From a virus (lineage: Duplodnaviria > Caudoviricetes), in the IMG/VR virus record IMGVR_UViG_3300027899_000015, positions 1-56,832 of that record: a stretch of DNA of 56,832 nt. One strand, written 5' to 3'. Under the pieces are notes generated by a model that saw only the letters and a list, made by a program, of their open reading frames with translations, made no database searches and had not been told where the DNA came from. Position numbers and translations under genes: made by a program. How positions within the stretch are numbered: position 1 is the first letter of the stretch; each line of letters begins with the position of its first letter. Positions 9,746 through 18,750 of the stretch are shown piece after piece.

Positions 9746-10717
9746 TTAAATATCTTCTTCATCACCTAAATCAATTGGTTCATCATCAATGCCTAATTTT
9801 TTTAATTCAGCATCATCATCTGTTTTACGTTTTGAACCAATAGCAGGTAATGTATCTTCACCTAACGCTTTAAGAATTTGTTTCATAACAACTTTAGTAT
9901 TAGTAGCTCCAAACTTATATTTGTCTAGATCATTTAATACTTTAATATAAGCTGTATAATCATCATTTTTTAATTCTTCTAATTTATCAACAAGTTGTTT
10001 AATTAAACTTGGTAATGCTGCTTTAGCTGTTTCTTTAGATTTTTGTTGAGATACTTTATAATCAGTGCTTGATAAACCTCCATCTTCAGCTTCTGCTACA
10101 GTTTTACCTGTTTTGATAGTTGATGTGGCGTATTGTTTAATAATTTTATCAATCAAATCTCCATTATCAACTAACCATTCTCCAGCTTTTGAACCAGCAG
10201 CTGTTATTTTAGGTTTTTTAAGTTTAGCTATATCTTTTTCAGATGGTTCTTTTTCTTCTTCATCGCCTTTTTCAGGTGATTTTTTAGATTTCATCTTTTT
10301 CTTACCAATAAATAGATCTTCAGCGTCATCAGGACTTACATATAAATCACCTTCTTCTGGTTCTTCTTCAGATGATGAAGCTGGTTTAGCAGTTGTTGTT
10401 TGTAATAATTGATTCCTAATATCGGGAGTAAAAGACCAGTTAACACCAGGAGCTGCATTTTTTTCAATTTCACTCTTTAATAATTCAACATCCATTGGTT
10501 TAACACCTTGTTCTTTCGCTTGAGCGATAAAATAATTAACAACCTGTTGTTTTCTATCTACTTTAAAAGTATCAGGTTTACTAATTCTATCTTTTATACC
10601 AGGAAAATCTGGATTTAATTTGTATTTTTCTTTAGCTGGGCGAGCCATTTCTTTAACTGGTACTCTAATTTTGAGTTTATTCTCAACTATAAATTTTTTA
10701 AAATCGAAATCCGCCAT
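9746..10717 (-). CDS. Hypothetical highly charged protein, probable head-internal protein
   Basis: MADFDFKKFIVENKL N-terminus shared with 1802..2806; ATATTTAT motif upstream. Confidence 0.55.
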   Translation of the reverse strand: MADFDFKKFIVENKLKIRVPVKEMARPAKEKYKLNPDFPGIKDRISKPDTFKVDRKQQVVNYFIAQAKEQGVKPMDVELLKSEIEKNAAPGVNWSFTPDIRNQLLQTTTAKPASSSEEEPEEGDLYVSPDDAEDLFIGKKKMKSKKSPEKGDEEEKEPSEKDIAKLKKPKITAAGSKAGEWLVDNGDLIDKIIKQYATSTIKTGKTVAEAEDGGLSSTDYKVSQQKSKETAKAALPSLIKQLVDKLEELKNDDYTAYIKVLNDLDKYKFGATNTKVVMKQILKALGEDTLPAIGSKRKTDDDAELKKLGIDDEPIDLGDEEDI

Positions 10718-10746
10718 GGTTTGTGTTTGTTGTGTTAATAAATATT

Positions 10747-11268
10747 TTAATTTATGTTATCTAACATAGTATTCATACGATCAGCTGTAGATCCACTAAG
10801 TATTATCATCTTTTTAGGTGGATAAAGCGCTAGTAAACGTAAAATTTCTTGATTTATATTAGCTCTATATTCAAGATCTGTTTCTCTTACGCCATTATCT
10901 TCCATGTTAGTACCAATAGGATCAATATAAAATACAATATCATATTGATCTCTTAATGTCATAGCTGTGTTTAAAAAATGAGATTTTTCATGCATTGCTA
11001 TTGATTTAGCTAACATTGTAAACGCAGATACATCCCATATAGTTCTATCAGTTATAAGATCTTTATGTAATAGTTCACTAGCTCTTTCAGCTAAAAATAC
11101 TAATTGGCCATTAATTGATGAATCTGTGTTAAGAGGAATACCTAAATCGCGTAAGTATTTACTACGCTCAGTAGCTATTTTATATTTTTTGAACAATTTC
11201 AATTCAGATAACGCTTTAACTAACGTTGTTTTACCTACTGACATTGTTCCGCATAATCCTATTTTCAT
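10747..11268 (-). CDS. P-loop nucleotide kinase/ATPase (AAA_28, NadR-kinase-like)
   Basis: IGLCGTMSVGKTT Walker A, ITDRTIWD motif, YDIVFYI and EDNGVRETD. Confidence 0.8.
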   Translation of the reverse strand: MKIGLCGTMSVGKTTLVKALSELKLFKKYKIATERSKYLRDLGIPLNTDSSINGQLVFLAERASELLHKDLITDRTIWDVSAFTMLAKSIAMHEKSHFLNTAMTLRDQYDIVFYIDPIGTNMEDNGVRETDLEYRANINQEILRLLALYPPKKMIILSGSTADRMNTMLDNIN

Positions 11269-11301
11269 ATTGGGGTGGGTATAGTTTAATATAAATATTG
11301 A

Positions 11302-11535
11302 TCAGAGACGTGTATCGAATCTAGGATCTTTAGCTGGTGGTATACCATTTACGTCACGCTTACGGTCTAACCATTCATCTTTAGTATATTCAAATCCAAA
11401 TAACCAATACTCTTTTTTACCGTTTGGGTGAATTACAGCCGCGTCTTCCCAATTATGTATTTTTCCATTTAAAGCATACACAATTGTGCCGTCAGGTTTT
11501 TTTAATCTTTTTGTTGGTTCTAATTTTTCTGCCAT
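11302..11535 (-). CDS. Small hypothetical protein with one MORN-variant-like repeat
   Basis: GKIHNWEDAAVIHPNGKKEYWLFG resembles the LHRxDGPA...G.KEW...G repeat. Confidence 0.55.
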   Translation of the reverse strand: MAEKLEPTKRLKKPDGTIVYALNGKIHNWEDAAVIHPNGKKEYWLFGFEYTKDEWLDRKRDVNGIPPAKDPRFDTRL

Positions 11536-11551
11536 ATTAATTTGATTTTAA

Positions 11552-11578
11552 TAAAGATAGTTAATTAATTAAGGTCAT
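11552..11578 (-). promoter_or_regulatory. Class A promoter-like motif
   Basis: ATGACC-N13-TATCTTTA. Confidence 0.6.
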
Positions 11579-12978
11579 TAAAATGACTGTTGTGTTAATT
11601 CAATAAGTGATTTTTTTCTAATTAATTTTTCAGCTACATAAATACCATGAGCTCCACTAACTGTAATACCACGAGCTGATAAAGCATCGCCTACAAAATG
11701 AACATTATTATATTCTGTTAATGATAAGTTATGATAATTAACTAATGGTTCAGGAGATAAATACTTTACTTCAGGAATGTACATACCCCAATCATCACCA
11801 AAGTTAAATACTTTATTCATTTGATCAATAAAATTAAGAATATGTTGAGCGTATTCTCCAAAAGCAGCATTAAATGAATCTAATGATGGTAACATAAAAG
11901 CATCAACATAGTTTCCTTCACTTGTTTTACTTATTGTACGTGATGGTGAATAATATAAACCAATGTTTTTATCATATTTTTTAATAACTACAGCATCATT
12001 TTCATCTGTTTCAAATTCATCTGCTATTTGAGCCTGGCATTGTTTTACAACATTTCTACTCCAAGTGAATGGATCTTCAATACCTTTAATTTCCATTAAT
12101 ATACCAAAATTGGTCATATCATTTCTATATTGTTCACCTTTTTTAGCGTGACCATTATAAGTTATATCCCCATACGTTTCCTCAACTGCCACATAAGCAG
12201 CGTTATTATTCGTGCAGAAACTGCGAATGGATATGTTATCGAATTTTTGATAGAGTTTAAAGTCATAACTGATATCTATTAATTTTTGAAAATATTTTTG
12301 TGGTGCTTCAAATCGAACACCAATTTGTACTGATTTAGGTTCATTAGGTAATTTATAACTATCTGCTAGTTGTTGAGCAAAATCAATACCTGATTTACCT
12401 ACTGCAAATATGAGTGTATCATATTTTACTGAGTGGGTATCTGTATAGCCTAGTATACTTAGTGGGTTAAATAATACATTATTATTGGCAAAATCAATAT
12501 TAGTTACTTCAGTATTCCACCAAAATTTAACACCTTTATCAACTAAATATTGATACCACGCTTTAGCAATTTCATGTAAGAAATTACTTCCAATGTGCCA
12601 TACAGGAAACATTCTCAAACCAAAATATGGTTTAATAAATTCAGGTTCTTCCTGTGGATCAGACATGAATATTTCGTCTGGTTTGGGGTGAAAGCGAGTA
12701 AAATTATCTACTACTTGTTTCATTAATTCCATAGCTTTTTCTTCACCACAATACTTAGATAATTGACCACCAATTGCTGTATGGTAAGTTAATTTACCAT
12801 CAGACCAACCACCAGCACCTAACATCCCTGTCATTACTTCTTCAGGTAAACGATTAATAGGATCATTTCCTTTATCTATGATTGTGATTAGACTACCATC
12901 ATATCCATTATCTACTAATTTAGTAGCAGCGTTTATACCAGCTACACCTGCTCCTACAATTACTATTTTTTTATCCAT
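11578..12978 (-). CDS. FAD-dependent oxidoreductase (uncharacterised COG2509-like family)
   Basis: IVIVGAGVAG Rossmann motif, GAGGWSDGKL, HIG, IGVRFE, RSFC, NGHA, TNFGIL, PEVKY, FVGD motifs. Confidence 0.85.
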   Translation of the reverse strand: MDKKIVIVGAGVAGINAATKLVDNGYDGSLITIIDKGNDPINRLPEEVMTGMLGAGGWSDGKLTYHTAIGGQLSKYCGEEKAMELMKQVVDNFTRFHPKPDEIFMSDPQEEPEFIKPYFGLRMFPVWHIGSNFLHEIAKAWYQYLVDKGVKFWWNTEVTNIDFANNNVLFNPLSILGYTDTHSVKYDTLIFAVGKSGIDFAQQLADSYKLPNEPKSVQIGVRFEAPQKYFQKLIDISYDFKLYQKFDNISIRSFCTNNNAAYVAVEETYGDITYNGHAKKGEQYRNDMTNFGILMEIKGIEDPFTWSRNVVKQCQAQIADEFETDENDAVVIKKYDKNIGLYYSPSRTISKTSEGNYVDAFMLPSLDSFNAAFGEYAQHILNFIDQMNKVFNFGDDWGMYIPEVKYLSPEPLVNYHNLSLTEYNNVHFVGDALSARGITVSGAHGIYVAEKLIRKKSLIELTQQSF

Positions 12979-13448
12979 TCAGGTACGTTATTTAGTTTGT
13001 TATAATTTAATTTTTTAATTCCAATTTTATCATTAATATAGAAGTTTCTATATGCTTCTATTGTGTTATTTGATTTATATTCATCAGGCATACATTGTGG
13101 TGGATCCCTAAATTCAGTAGATGGTATTTTATCTTCTAATAAAGATAAGTTATCTTTTACCCAAAGCAAAACTTTCTCTGTAGCGTGTTGTTTACCATAT
13201 CTAATAACAAATTCATTACATATTTCTAAACCATGTTCAAGTAACCATTTAGCATGATGAATTGATTCACGAACCCATTTTGTTGATGGATGGTTATAAT
13301 GAGCTTTTTTATATGGTGCTTCTATCCCATAATGATGAAATGTTGTACATAGCATTTGAGCAGACTCAATTTGCATTTTACGAATATGATCATCACATAA
13401 CTGTTTAGCAGCTATTTTTGGATCAGGATGTATATAAAATATATTCAT
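12963..13448 (-). CDS. Pyrimidine-dimer DNA glycosylase / endonuclease V-like family protein
   Basis: MNIFY...CDDHIRKMQIESAQML...HYNHPSTKW...PPQCMPDEYK...AYRNFY; start re-assigned to ATG 13448 because the longer start lies inside the promoter motif. Confidence 0.75.
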   Translation of the reverse strand: MNIFYIHPDPKIAAKQLCDDHIRKMQIESAQMLCTTFHHYGIEAPYKKAHYNHPSTKWVRESIHHAKWLLEHGLEICNEFVIRYGKQHATEKVLLWVKDNLSLLEDKIPSTEFRDPPQCMPDEYKSNNTIEAYRNFYINDKIGIKKLNYNKLNNVPEWIKK

Positions 13449-13452
13449 AAAA

Positions 13453-13479
13453 TTAATATAAGTTATTTGCATAGGTCAA
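13453..13479 (-). promoter_or_regulatory. Class A promoter-like motif
   Basis: TTGACC-N13-TATATTAA, directly after terminator. Confidence 0.65.
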
Positions 13480-13510
13480 ATAAAAGTGGCGCCCTTTTTA
13501 GGGGCGCCAC
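13478..13510 (-). terminator. Intrinsic terminator
   Basis: Minus strand GTGGCGCCC-CTAAAAA-GGGCGCCAC (9-bp stem) followed by TTTTATTT. Confidence 0.85.
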
Positions 13511-13568
13511 AGCTGCCATATTTTATCTCTTTTGAGCGACAGGCTATGAATCTGTCTATATGTTAATA
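13486..13568 (-). ncRNA. Candidate three-way-junction/pseudoknot RNA fused to terminator
   Basis: CAUAU/AUAUG closing stem encloses GACAG-AUUCAUAGC-CUGUC and CUC-AAAA-GAG hairpins; loop CAUAGC can pair with downstream GCUGUG. Confidence 0.5.
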
Positions 13569-13574
13569 AAAATA

Positions 13575-13901
13575 TTAATAACTAAAACCTTCTCCATCAA
13601 TTATTACACCAGAACCATACTCTTCTTCTACTGCTTTTTTAATATCTTCACGATATTTTTTTAATCCCTTCACTCTAATTCTTTGATTACGGGTCCATCC
13701 AGGAAATTCAGTGTCCATATAATCAGCAAAAGCATCACCATCCATATCCATCATAAATGTATTAGTTGCTGGTTGAAATTGACCAAATTCTTTAATGTCC
13801 CAACTCCAAACATTGCTTGGGAATTTTTCAGATACTTGTGATTCATTTATGATACCAGCTAATTGCTGCATTCTTTTAATTTCGTTAATTTGCTTTTTCA
13901 T
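13575..13901 (-). CDS. Hypothetical protein, probable head-internal protein
   Basis: MKKQINEIKRMQQLAGIINES N-terminus shared with 1498..1791; ATATTTAT motif upstream. Confidence 0.6.
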   Translation of the reverse strand: MKKQINEIKRMQQLAGIINESQVSEKFPSNVWSWDIKEFGQFQPATNTFMMDMDGDAFADYMDTEFPGWTRNQRIRVKGLKKYREDIKKAVEEEYGSGVIIDGEGFSY

Positions 13902-13925
13902 TTTTTTTTATTGTAGCTATAAATA

Positions 13926-15449
13926 TTATATTTTATCAAATGGTAATTCTATTTTATTACCTTTCAATGTATTATCTTCTTTATAAGCAAAGTCTTTATT
14001 GTAAACAATTGGTCTTAAACCGTTTGTAGCTGTTCTAGTTGAATCATGTCTGATAATTAATACAGGTTCATATTTTGTTCCTTCAACATCTGATATATTA
14101 GTTAATAAATCATGAACAGTGACTGTTAATGTAGTTCCAGTTAATGAGAAATCACTTTCATCAAATGTTTCTTTAACAACAACAGTTTTAGGAGTATCTG
14201 ATCCAAATACAATTGAATTCAAATCAGCTTTATCTAGACCTGTTATAATAATACCTCCGTATTCTTCATCAGTTTGTGGATTATATAATCTATAAATATC
14301 TTTTTTATCAGATTGAGCTAAACCTAAATTTTTAAATGGATTATTTATTAATCTATCTACAAGTTTAGTCATTAAATCCTTATAACGCTTATCAGCGCTT
14401 TCCCACATTCCAGCATTTTCTTGCTTTAATGATAAATTACCAATAACTTTATCTCCTGAAGAGGTTGAAGTATATAATCTAACATCTGATTTTCTATTTC
14501 CTGATGTCTCACGACCTGCTTCTTCAGCTTTAGTTACCTTATTATATCTAACTGTTTTTCCTTTTGATTTAAAGACAACTGTAATATCACTAAATACTTC
14601 ATCTATTGTTGAATTAATTTTATTAACTAAAAATGATTCATTTCCTAAACCAGCACTACCTCCACCTTGACTTTCTTTAGGTTTTGGTATAATAACAGTA
14701 CCATCTGGGGCTATTATACCACCAATAGATGAACCTTTAATATTATTATCCCATTTATAACCAGCCTTTACAAATTTATCAAGAGTAGCTTGTCTTTCTT
14801 TTTTAGGTACTAATAATTTAATTTTATTTTTACTTTTAGTTAATGGAATGATATCTTCATCTTTATATCCTAATTTCTTAAGATCAGATATGGTATCTTC
14901 TTTAATTAATCTGATACCTGTTTTCTTTGATTCAGCTAATTCTTCAGGTGTTTCTTCTTCAGCTGGTGTTTCAGTAGGAGTTTCTTCTGGTGTTTCAGAT
15001 GGTGGTTCTTCTGGTGTTGAAGCCATTTCAGTTTCAGGACCTTCAGCTTGTGGTGGTGTACCTAACATTAATAAATCAGCAATAGCTATGGTAGCTAATT
15101 CTAATTCACTTATACGAGCTAACCAATATTTTTTACCTGTTACTTTTGCTTCATATAATTCACCCATCCATATTAAATGGAAATAACGATTATTATGTAA
15201 AACAATTTTAAATATAGTTGGTTTAGGAGCCATTATATAGACACCTGATATATAGTCTCTAAAGTCTACAGTTAATAATTCAATTAATTGTTTATTTAAT
15301 GAAGGATATTTTTGTAATATGAATTCTAATGGGTTAGATTCATAAGTAATTTCTTGAGGAGCAGGAGCAGCAGTAACATCTAATTGTTGGTCTATTACTT
15401 CGTCTTCTACTTCTTTAAGCGACTTACTTCTTAATATTTTAATCTTCAT
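13926..15449 (-). CDS. Two-part protein: unknown N-terminal domain, acidic Pro/Glu/Thr linker, C-terminal PD-(D/E)XK-like nuclease domain
   Basis: GLGNE...RKSDVRLY...NLSLKQ resembles the E...D...SxK variant restriction-nuclease core. Confidence 0.5.
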   Translation of the reverse strand: MKIKILRSKSLKEVEDEVIDQQLDVTAAPAPQEITYESNPLEFILQKYPSLNKQLIELLTVDFRDYISGVYIMAPKPTIFKIVLHNNRYFHLIWMGELYEAKVTGKKYWLARISELELATIAIADLLMLGTPPQAEGPETEMASTPEEPPSETPEETPTETPAEEETPEELAESKKTGIRLIKEDTISDLKKLGYKDEDIIPLTKSKNKIKLLVPKKERQATLDKFVKAGYKWDNNIKGSSIGGIIAPDGTVIIPKPKESQGGGSAGLGNESFLVNKINSTIDEVFSDITVVFKSKGKTVRYNKVTKAEEAGRETSGNRKSDVRLYTSTSSGDKVIGNLSLKQENAGMWESADKRYKDLMTKLVDRLINNPFKNLGLAQSDKKDIYRLYNPQTDEEYGGIIITGLDKADLNSIVFGSDTPKTVVVKETFDESDFSLTGTTLTVTVHDLLTNISDVEGTKYEPVLIIRHDSTRTATNGLRPIVYNKDFAYKEDNTLKGNKIELPFDKI

Positions 15450-15468
15450 ATTCGTTATCTAATTTGTT

Positions 15469-16149
15469 TTAATACGCATTATCATCTCTACATTCATCAT
15501 ATCCTTCTTGGCGAGAGGCTTGTTTAATATCTAATACATAAGATTTAATTTTAGAATAATTAAGTCCTTTTACTTCTCCTTTTAGATAAGTGTATAATGC
15601 TTGTTCAGCTTTGTCCGCTTCAGATATACCTTCTTGTAATTCACTAGTATTAAATGATGGTTCTAATTTATGATATCCTTTATTAGCTTGTGAAATATAG
15701 TTTTCAGCGTTAGTTATATGATCTTGAATCCAACCAGGAATATCAAATTCCTCATCTCCTATTTTAGATATTAATTCGGAAGCAGCAGCTACAATAGATT
15801 TTAAACTATGTTGTGCCATTGATACTTCATGATCTGCACCTTCTTTCTTAATAACACCTTTACCAATTAAAATATCTTTTTGTGTAATTTTTCCATCACC
15901 ACTTAAATCAGGAAATCCTTCTTCCATATAACCACACTCCATACACTGTCCTTCTTCCATATATCCAGCGCCACATTCTTTACAAAGTTGTTTTCCTTCT
16001 TTTACAGGTATACATTTGTCTTTACCATTTTCAGTACCAGCATATCTATATCCTTTCCAACAGCCTTTACCATCTTTACCTTTTATCTTTTCTGTTTCTT
16101 GAAGGGATTGCTTAAGACGCCATCCATGTATGCTAAAATTGTCTTGCAT
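15469..16149 (-). CDS. Mosaic small-motif protein, probable head-internal protein
   Basis: CWKGY...C motif, CKEC...CMEC zinc-ribbon, DLSGDGKITQKD EF-hand-like loop, DHEVSMA...PGWIQDHIT helical module. Confidence 0.6.
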   Translation of the reverse strand: MQDNFSIHGWRLKQSLQETEKIKGKDGKGCWKGYRYAGTENGKDKCIPVKEGKQLCKECGAGYMEEGQCMECGYMEEGFPDLSGDGKITQKDILIGKGVIKKEGADHEVSMAQHSLKSIVAAASELISKIGDEEFDIPGWIQDHITNAENYISQANKGYHKLEPSFNTSELQEGISEADKAEQALYTYLKGEVKGLNYSKIKSYVLDIKQASRQEGYDECRDDNAY

Positions 16150-16155
16150 TGTGTT

Positions 16156-16443
16156 TTATTTAATTAAACGAGCGGTTCTATTCTTTAAATTTTTAAGTAT
16201 GTCTCTATATTGAGCTAGTTCAGATCCTTTTTCAACATTATTTAAATACTTAACTAAGTCTTCAAGTTTATTATATAAAAACTTTGGATCTACATCATAT
16301 TTAATATCCCATTCGTGTCTGCCTGTCTCAGGATCAATTTTAGTTAAAGTAGACTTAATACCAGTCTCAGGATCTGTTTCGGTTTTACCGACTTCAGCTT
16401 CAGCTATTTCTCTAACTATCTTTTTTAAATCTGATTTTTTCAT
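16156..16443 (-). CDS. Hypothetical protein
   Basis: MKKSDLKKIVRE N-terminus; internal DPETG duplication. Confidence 0.6.
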   Translation of the reverse strand: MKKSDLKKIVREIAEAEVGKTETDPETGIKSTLTKIDPETGRHEWDIKYDVDPKFLYNKLEDLVKYLNNVEKGSELAQYRDILKNLKNRTARLIK

Positions 16444-16886
16444 TAGTCTTTGGTTACATCTTTTAATTCGTCAACTACAGCTTTAGTATCTTTTTTATTT
16501 TTCATGTACTCTTGTACCTTAGCTAAAGTTTCTTCTTTCATTTTCTTGTAAGCATCAGCCGCTATTTTAACTTCATCTTTTCTTTTATCACGCTCAGCAA
16601 GTAATTTTTCAGCTAATTTTTTAGCTTTAGCTTCTTTAGTAAATACACCTTTAACATCTTCTATATTTAAACCGCCTTTAACTTGATTAGCAAAATAAGC
16701 GACATCTTTGCATTCAAAGCAAATATCGTCTATAGTAGCGCTGGTAGTTGGTTTTTCAACGATCCAAAATGCACCTACTTCGTCAGTTTCAGGAGCGAAT
16801 GCTTCATTTAATTGATCTTCATTAACTTGTGGTTGAATTTCTTCAATCGCTTCTTTAATTAATTTTTTTAAATCTGAACGTTTCAT
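16443..16886 (-). CDS. Hypothetical protein
   Basis: MKRSDLKKLIKEAIEE N-terminus similar to neighbour; overlaps neighbours at start/stop. Confidence 0.6.
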   Translation of the reverse strand: MKRSDLKKLIKEAIEEIQPQVNEDQLNEAFAPETDEVGAFWIVEKPTTSATIDDICFECKDVAYFANQVKGGLNIEDVKGVFTKEAKAKKLAEKLLAERDKRKDEVKIAADAYKKMKEETLAKVQEYMKNKKDTKAVVDELKDVTKD

Positions 16887-17152
16887 TTTTTATATATTTT
16901 CAATTTTAGTTTTCCTGTACCTTTTATAGCTCTATGCCATGTATGTCGTGGTATAAATATTGGCTCGTTCAACGAAGTTGGTAAACAATTTTCTAATTGT
17001 AATTTCCAATCCGTTTCACCAATTATTTCAACAATACGACCTTCATCATCTCTATGCCATAATAATTCAATAGGATCTATGTTCTCATCAAATTCACGAA
17101 TGATATAAAAATCATTATTTTCTAGATCTGTATATGGTCTACCAATATCCAC
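16883..17152 (-). CDS. Cupin-like (double-stranded beta-helix) small protein
   Basis: WHRDDE and IFIPRHTWHRAIKG metal-binding cupin motifs. Confidence 0.65.
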   Translation of the reverse strand: MDIGRPYTDLENNDFYIIREFDENIDPIELLWHRDDEGRIVEIIGETDWKLQLENCLPTSLNEPIFIPRHTWHRAIKGTGKLKLKIYKK

Positions 17153-17789
17153 TGAATGTTGTTTTAAAACCTAATAATTTAGCGTAGCGAGGTAAACGAC
17201 ATGACCAATAGCGTGCTGTTGTTCTGTCGGTTGCTTTAGGGCAATTCATTCTTTTTGAAAATGCCTGTCTTGCTTTAGGATTATTAAGTTTTGCTCTTAA
17301 TCCTCCACCTGCCATTCCAAATGATACTTTTTTAATTTTATCTTTGTCTTTAACGTATACATAGAATTTTTTAGCACCACCACGTTTAGGTTTACCTATA
17401 GCGGGTTGCTTTTTATCTTCTTCATTTAATGCTTCGTTTAAGAATTCCTCAGTCAGAGGTAAATCTAGTGGAACCATTATATCATTATATATTCCAAATC
17501 TACCAATATCTGTATTATCAAAATAATACTTATCTGCTTCACATAATTGTAAACGTTTAGATTCATATAATCCTCTTGCTTCAACAAATAATTTTAAAAA
17601 CATTGATGATTGAGGACGATAAATAGATTCATGAAGAGGTAAATCATTTTCTATATGATAGAACATACCTTCAGAAATAAAGACAGGTTCTTTAGATTCA
17701 TTCATAACTAATTTAGGACCATGATTATATTCTTGACTCACATAATCAATAATTTTAGCTATATGTTCTGATAACTGAATAGTGTTCAT
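17139..17789 (-). CDS. Two-domain phage protein with basic C-terminal domain (DUF6321-like)
   Basis: Acidic N-half, LNEALNEE junction, then KKFYVYVK...KVSFG...AFSKRMNC...ARYWSC. Confidence 0.55.
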   Translation of the reverse strand: MNTIQLSEHIAKIIDYVSQEYNHGPKLVMNESKEPVFISEGMFYHIENDLPLHESIYRPQSSMFLKLFVEARGLYESKRLQLCEADKYYFDNTDIGRFGIYNDIMVPLDLPLTEEFLNEALNEEDKKQPAIGKPKRGGAKKFYVYVKDKDKIKKVSFGMAGGGLRAKLNNPKARQAFSKRMNCPKATDRTTARYWSCRLPRYAKLLGFKTTFSGYW

Positions 17790-17791
17790 AA

Positions 17792-18169
17792 TTAATATGG
17801 GGTTGTTTCTTTTGCTTTAGGTGCTACTTTAAACTCAACTACACCAGGTATTTCTTTAATATCACTAATAATTTTTTTAATAGCTTCTTTAATGTCACCT
17901 TCTATAGCATGAGTGTCAATCTTAATATCAACATTTGTTTGATATCTTAATTGTCCTTCTGAATTAGATCCTGGAGTAGCTGCTTGTGAATTTACAATAG
18001 TCACGCCAGGTAGGGCTCGCATAGCTGATAGAATGTTTGTTTGATCATTAACTTTAGTGTTAGTGACCATTGAAGCTAAAATTTGAAATTGTTTAGCTAC
18101 GGGTACTTTTTCTTTTGGATCAGCTATTGGAGTAAAATCTTCCTCAGCTTCAATTATGCGAATTCTCAT
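17792..18169 (-). CDS. Hypothetical protein (possible ferredoxin-like alpha/beta fold)
   Basis: Duplicated MRALPGVTIV / IKEIPGVVEF elements. Confidence 0.5.
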   Translation of the reverse strand: MRIRIIEAEEDFTPIADPKEKVPVAKQFQILASMVTNTKVNDQTNILSAMRALPGVTIVNSQAATPGSNSEGQLRYQTNVDIKIDTHAIEGDIKEAIKKIISDIKEIPGVVEFKVAPKAKETTPY

Positions 18170-18720
18170 TAATGTAAAAATTTAAGTTTATATTTAGTTG
18201 ATTCAAGTAGTGCTACTACTTCATCAACTTGGTTTTGTATGTATGAATCTTGTGGTAATACATTACGATTCTTTTCTACATACATGCATAATGCTTCAAA
18301 ATATTTTACAACACTACCTTCATCTTCTATCCACGCACCTTCACTTTTATATCCTCTCAAAATACCATAACGACCTTGATATGATTCAATAATACCGTCT
18401 ACTAAATCTACAATTTCATCATAATATTCATTTAACGCTTTATGAGCAGCAAATGATGGTGTTTGTAGATGAAATATATGGGCTTGTGTACGAGAAGCAA
18501 AAAGTGTTGACACAAAATTAGCCATTGTGTTTGACGGTTCTGGAATTTCAATAGAAATTTCTGGTTGGTCAGGATTAATTGTGTTGATGTCGAATCCTTC
18601 TTTTAATTCAGCGGCGTATAACGCTTTCATGTATTTTTCAGCAGCATCTGCATCTTTAGAACAGCCAACTTTAGCGCCTGTTTCTTTGTATACGCAATTT
18701 CCTTTACGTTTATATGGCAT
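18169..18720 (-). CDS. Ferritin/Dps-like four-helix protein (DUF5856-like) with basic N-terminal extension
   Basis: AHIFHLQT-SFAAHKALNEYYDEIVDLVDGIIESYQG...STKYKLKFL. Confidence 0.75.
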   Translation of the reverse strand: MPYKRKGNCVYKETGAKVGCSKDADAAEKYMKALYAAELKEGFDINTINPDQPEISIEIPEPSNTMANFVSTLFASRTQAHIFHLQTPSFAAHKALNEYYDEIVDLVDGIIESYQGRYGILRGYKSEGAWIEDEGSVVKYFEALCMYVEKNRNVLPQDSYIQNQVDEVVALLESTKYKLKFLH

Positions 18721-18750
18721 TTTATATAGATTTTATCCTATATAAATATA

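Noticed and set aside
13486-13568. Calling the structured RNA a canonical twister ribozyme
   Set aside because: It lacks a P1 stem and the conserved GAGGG-type segment; it is kept only as an unnamed candidate RNA.
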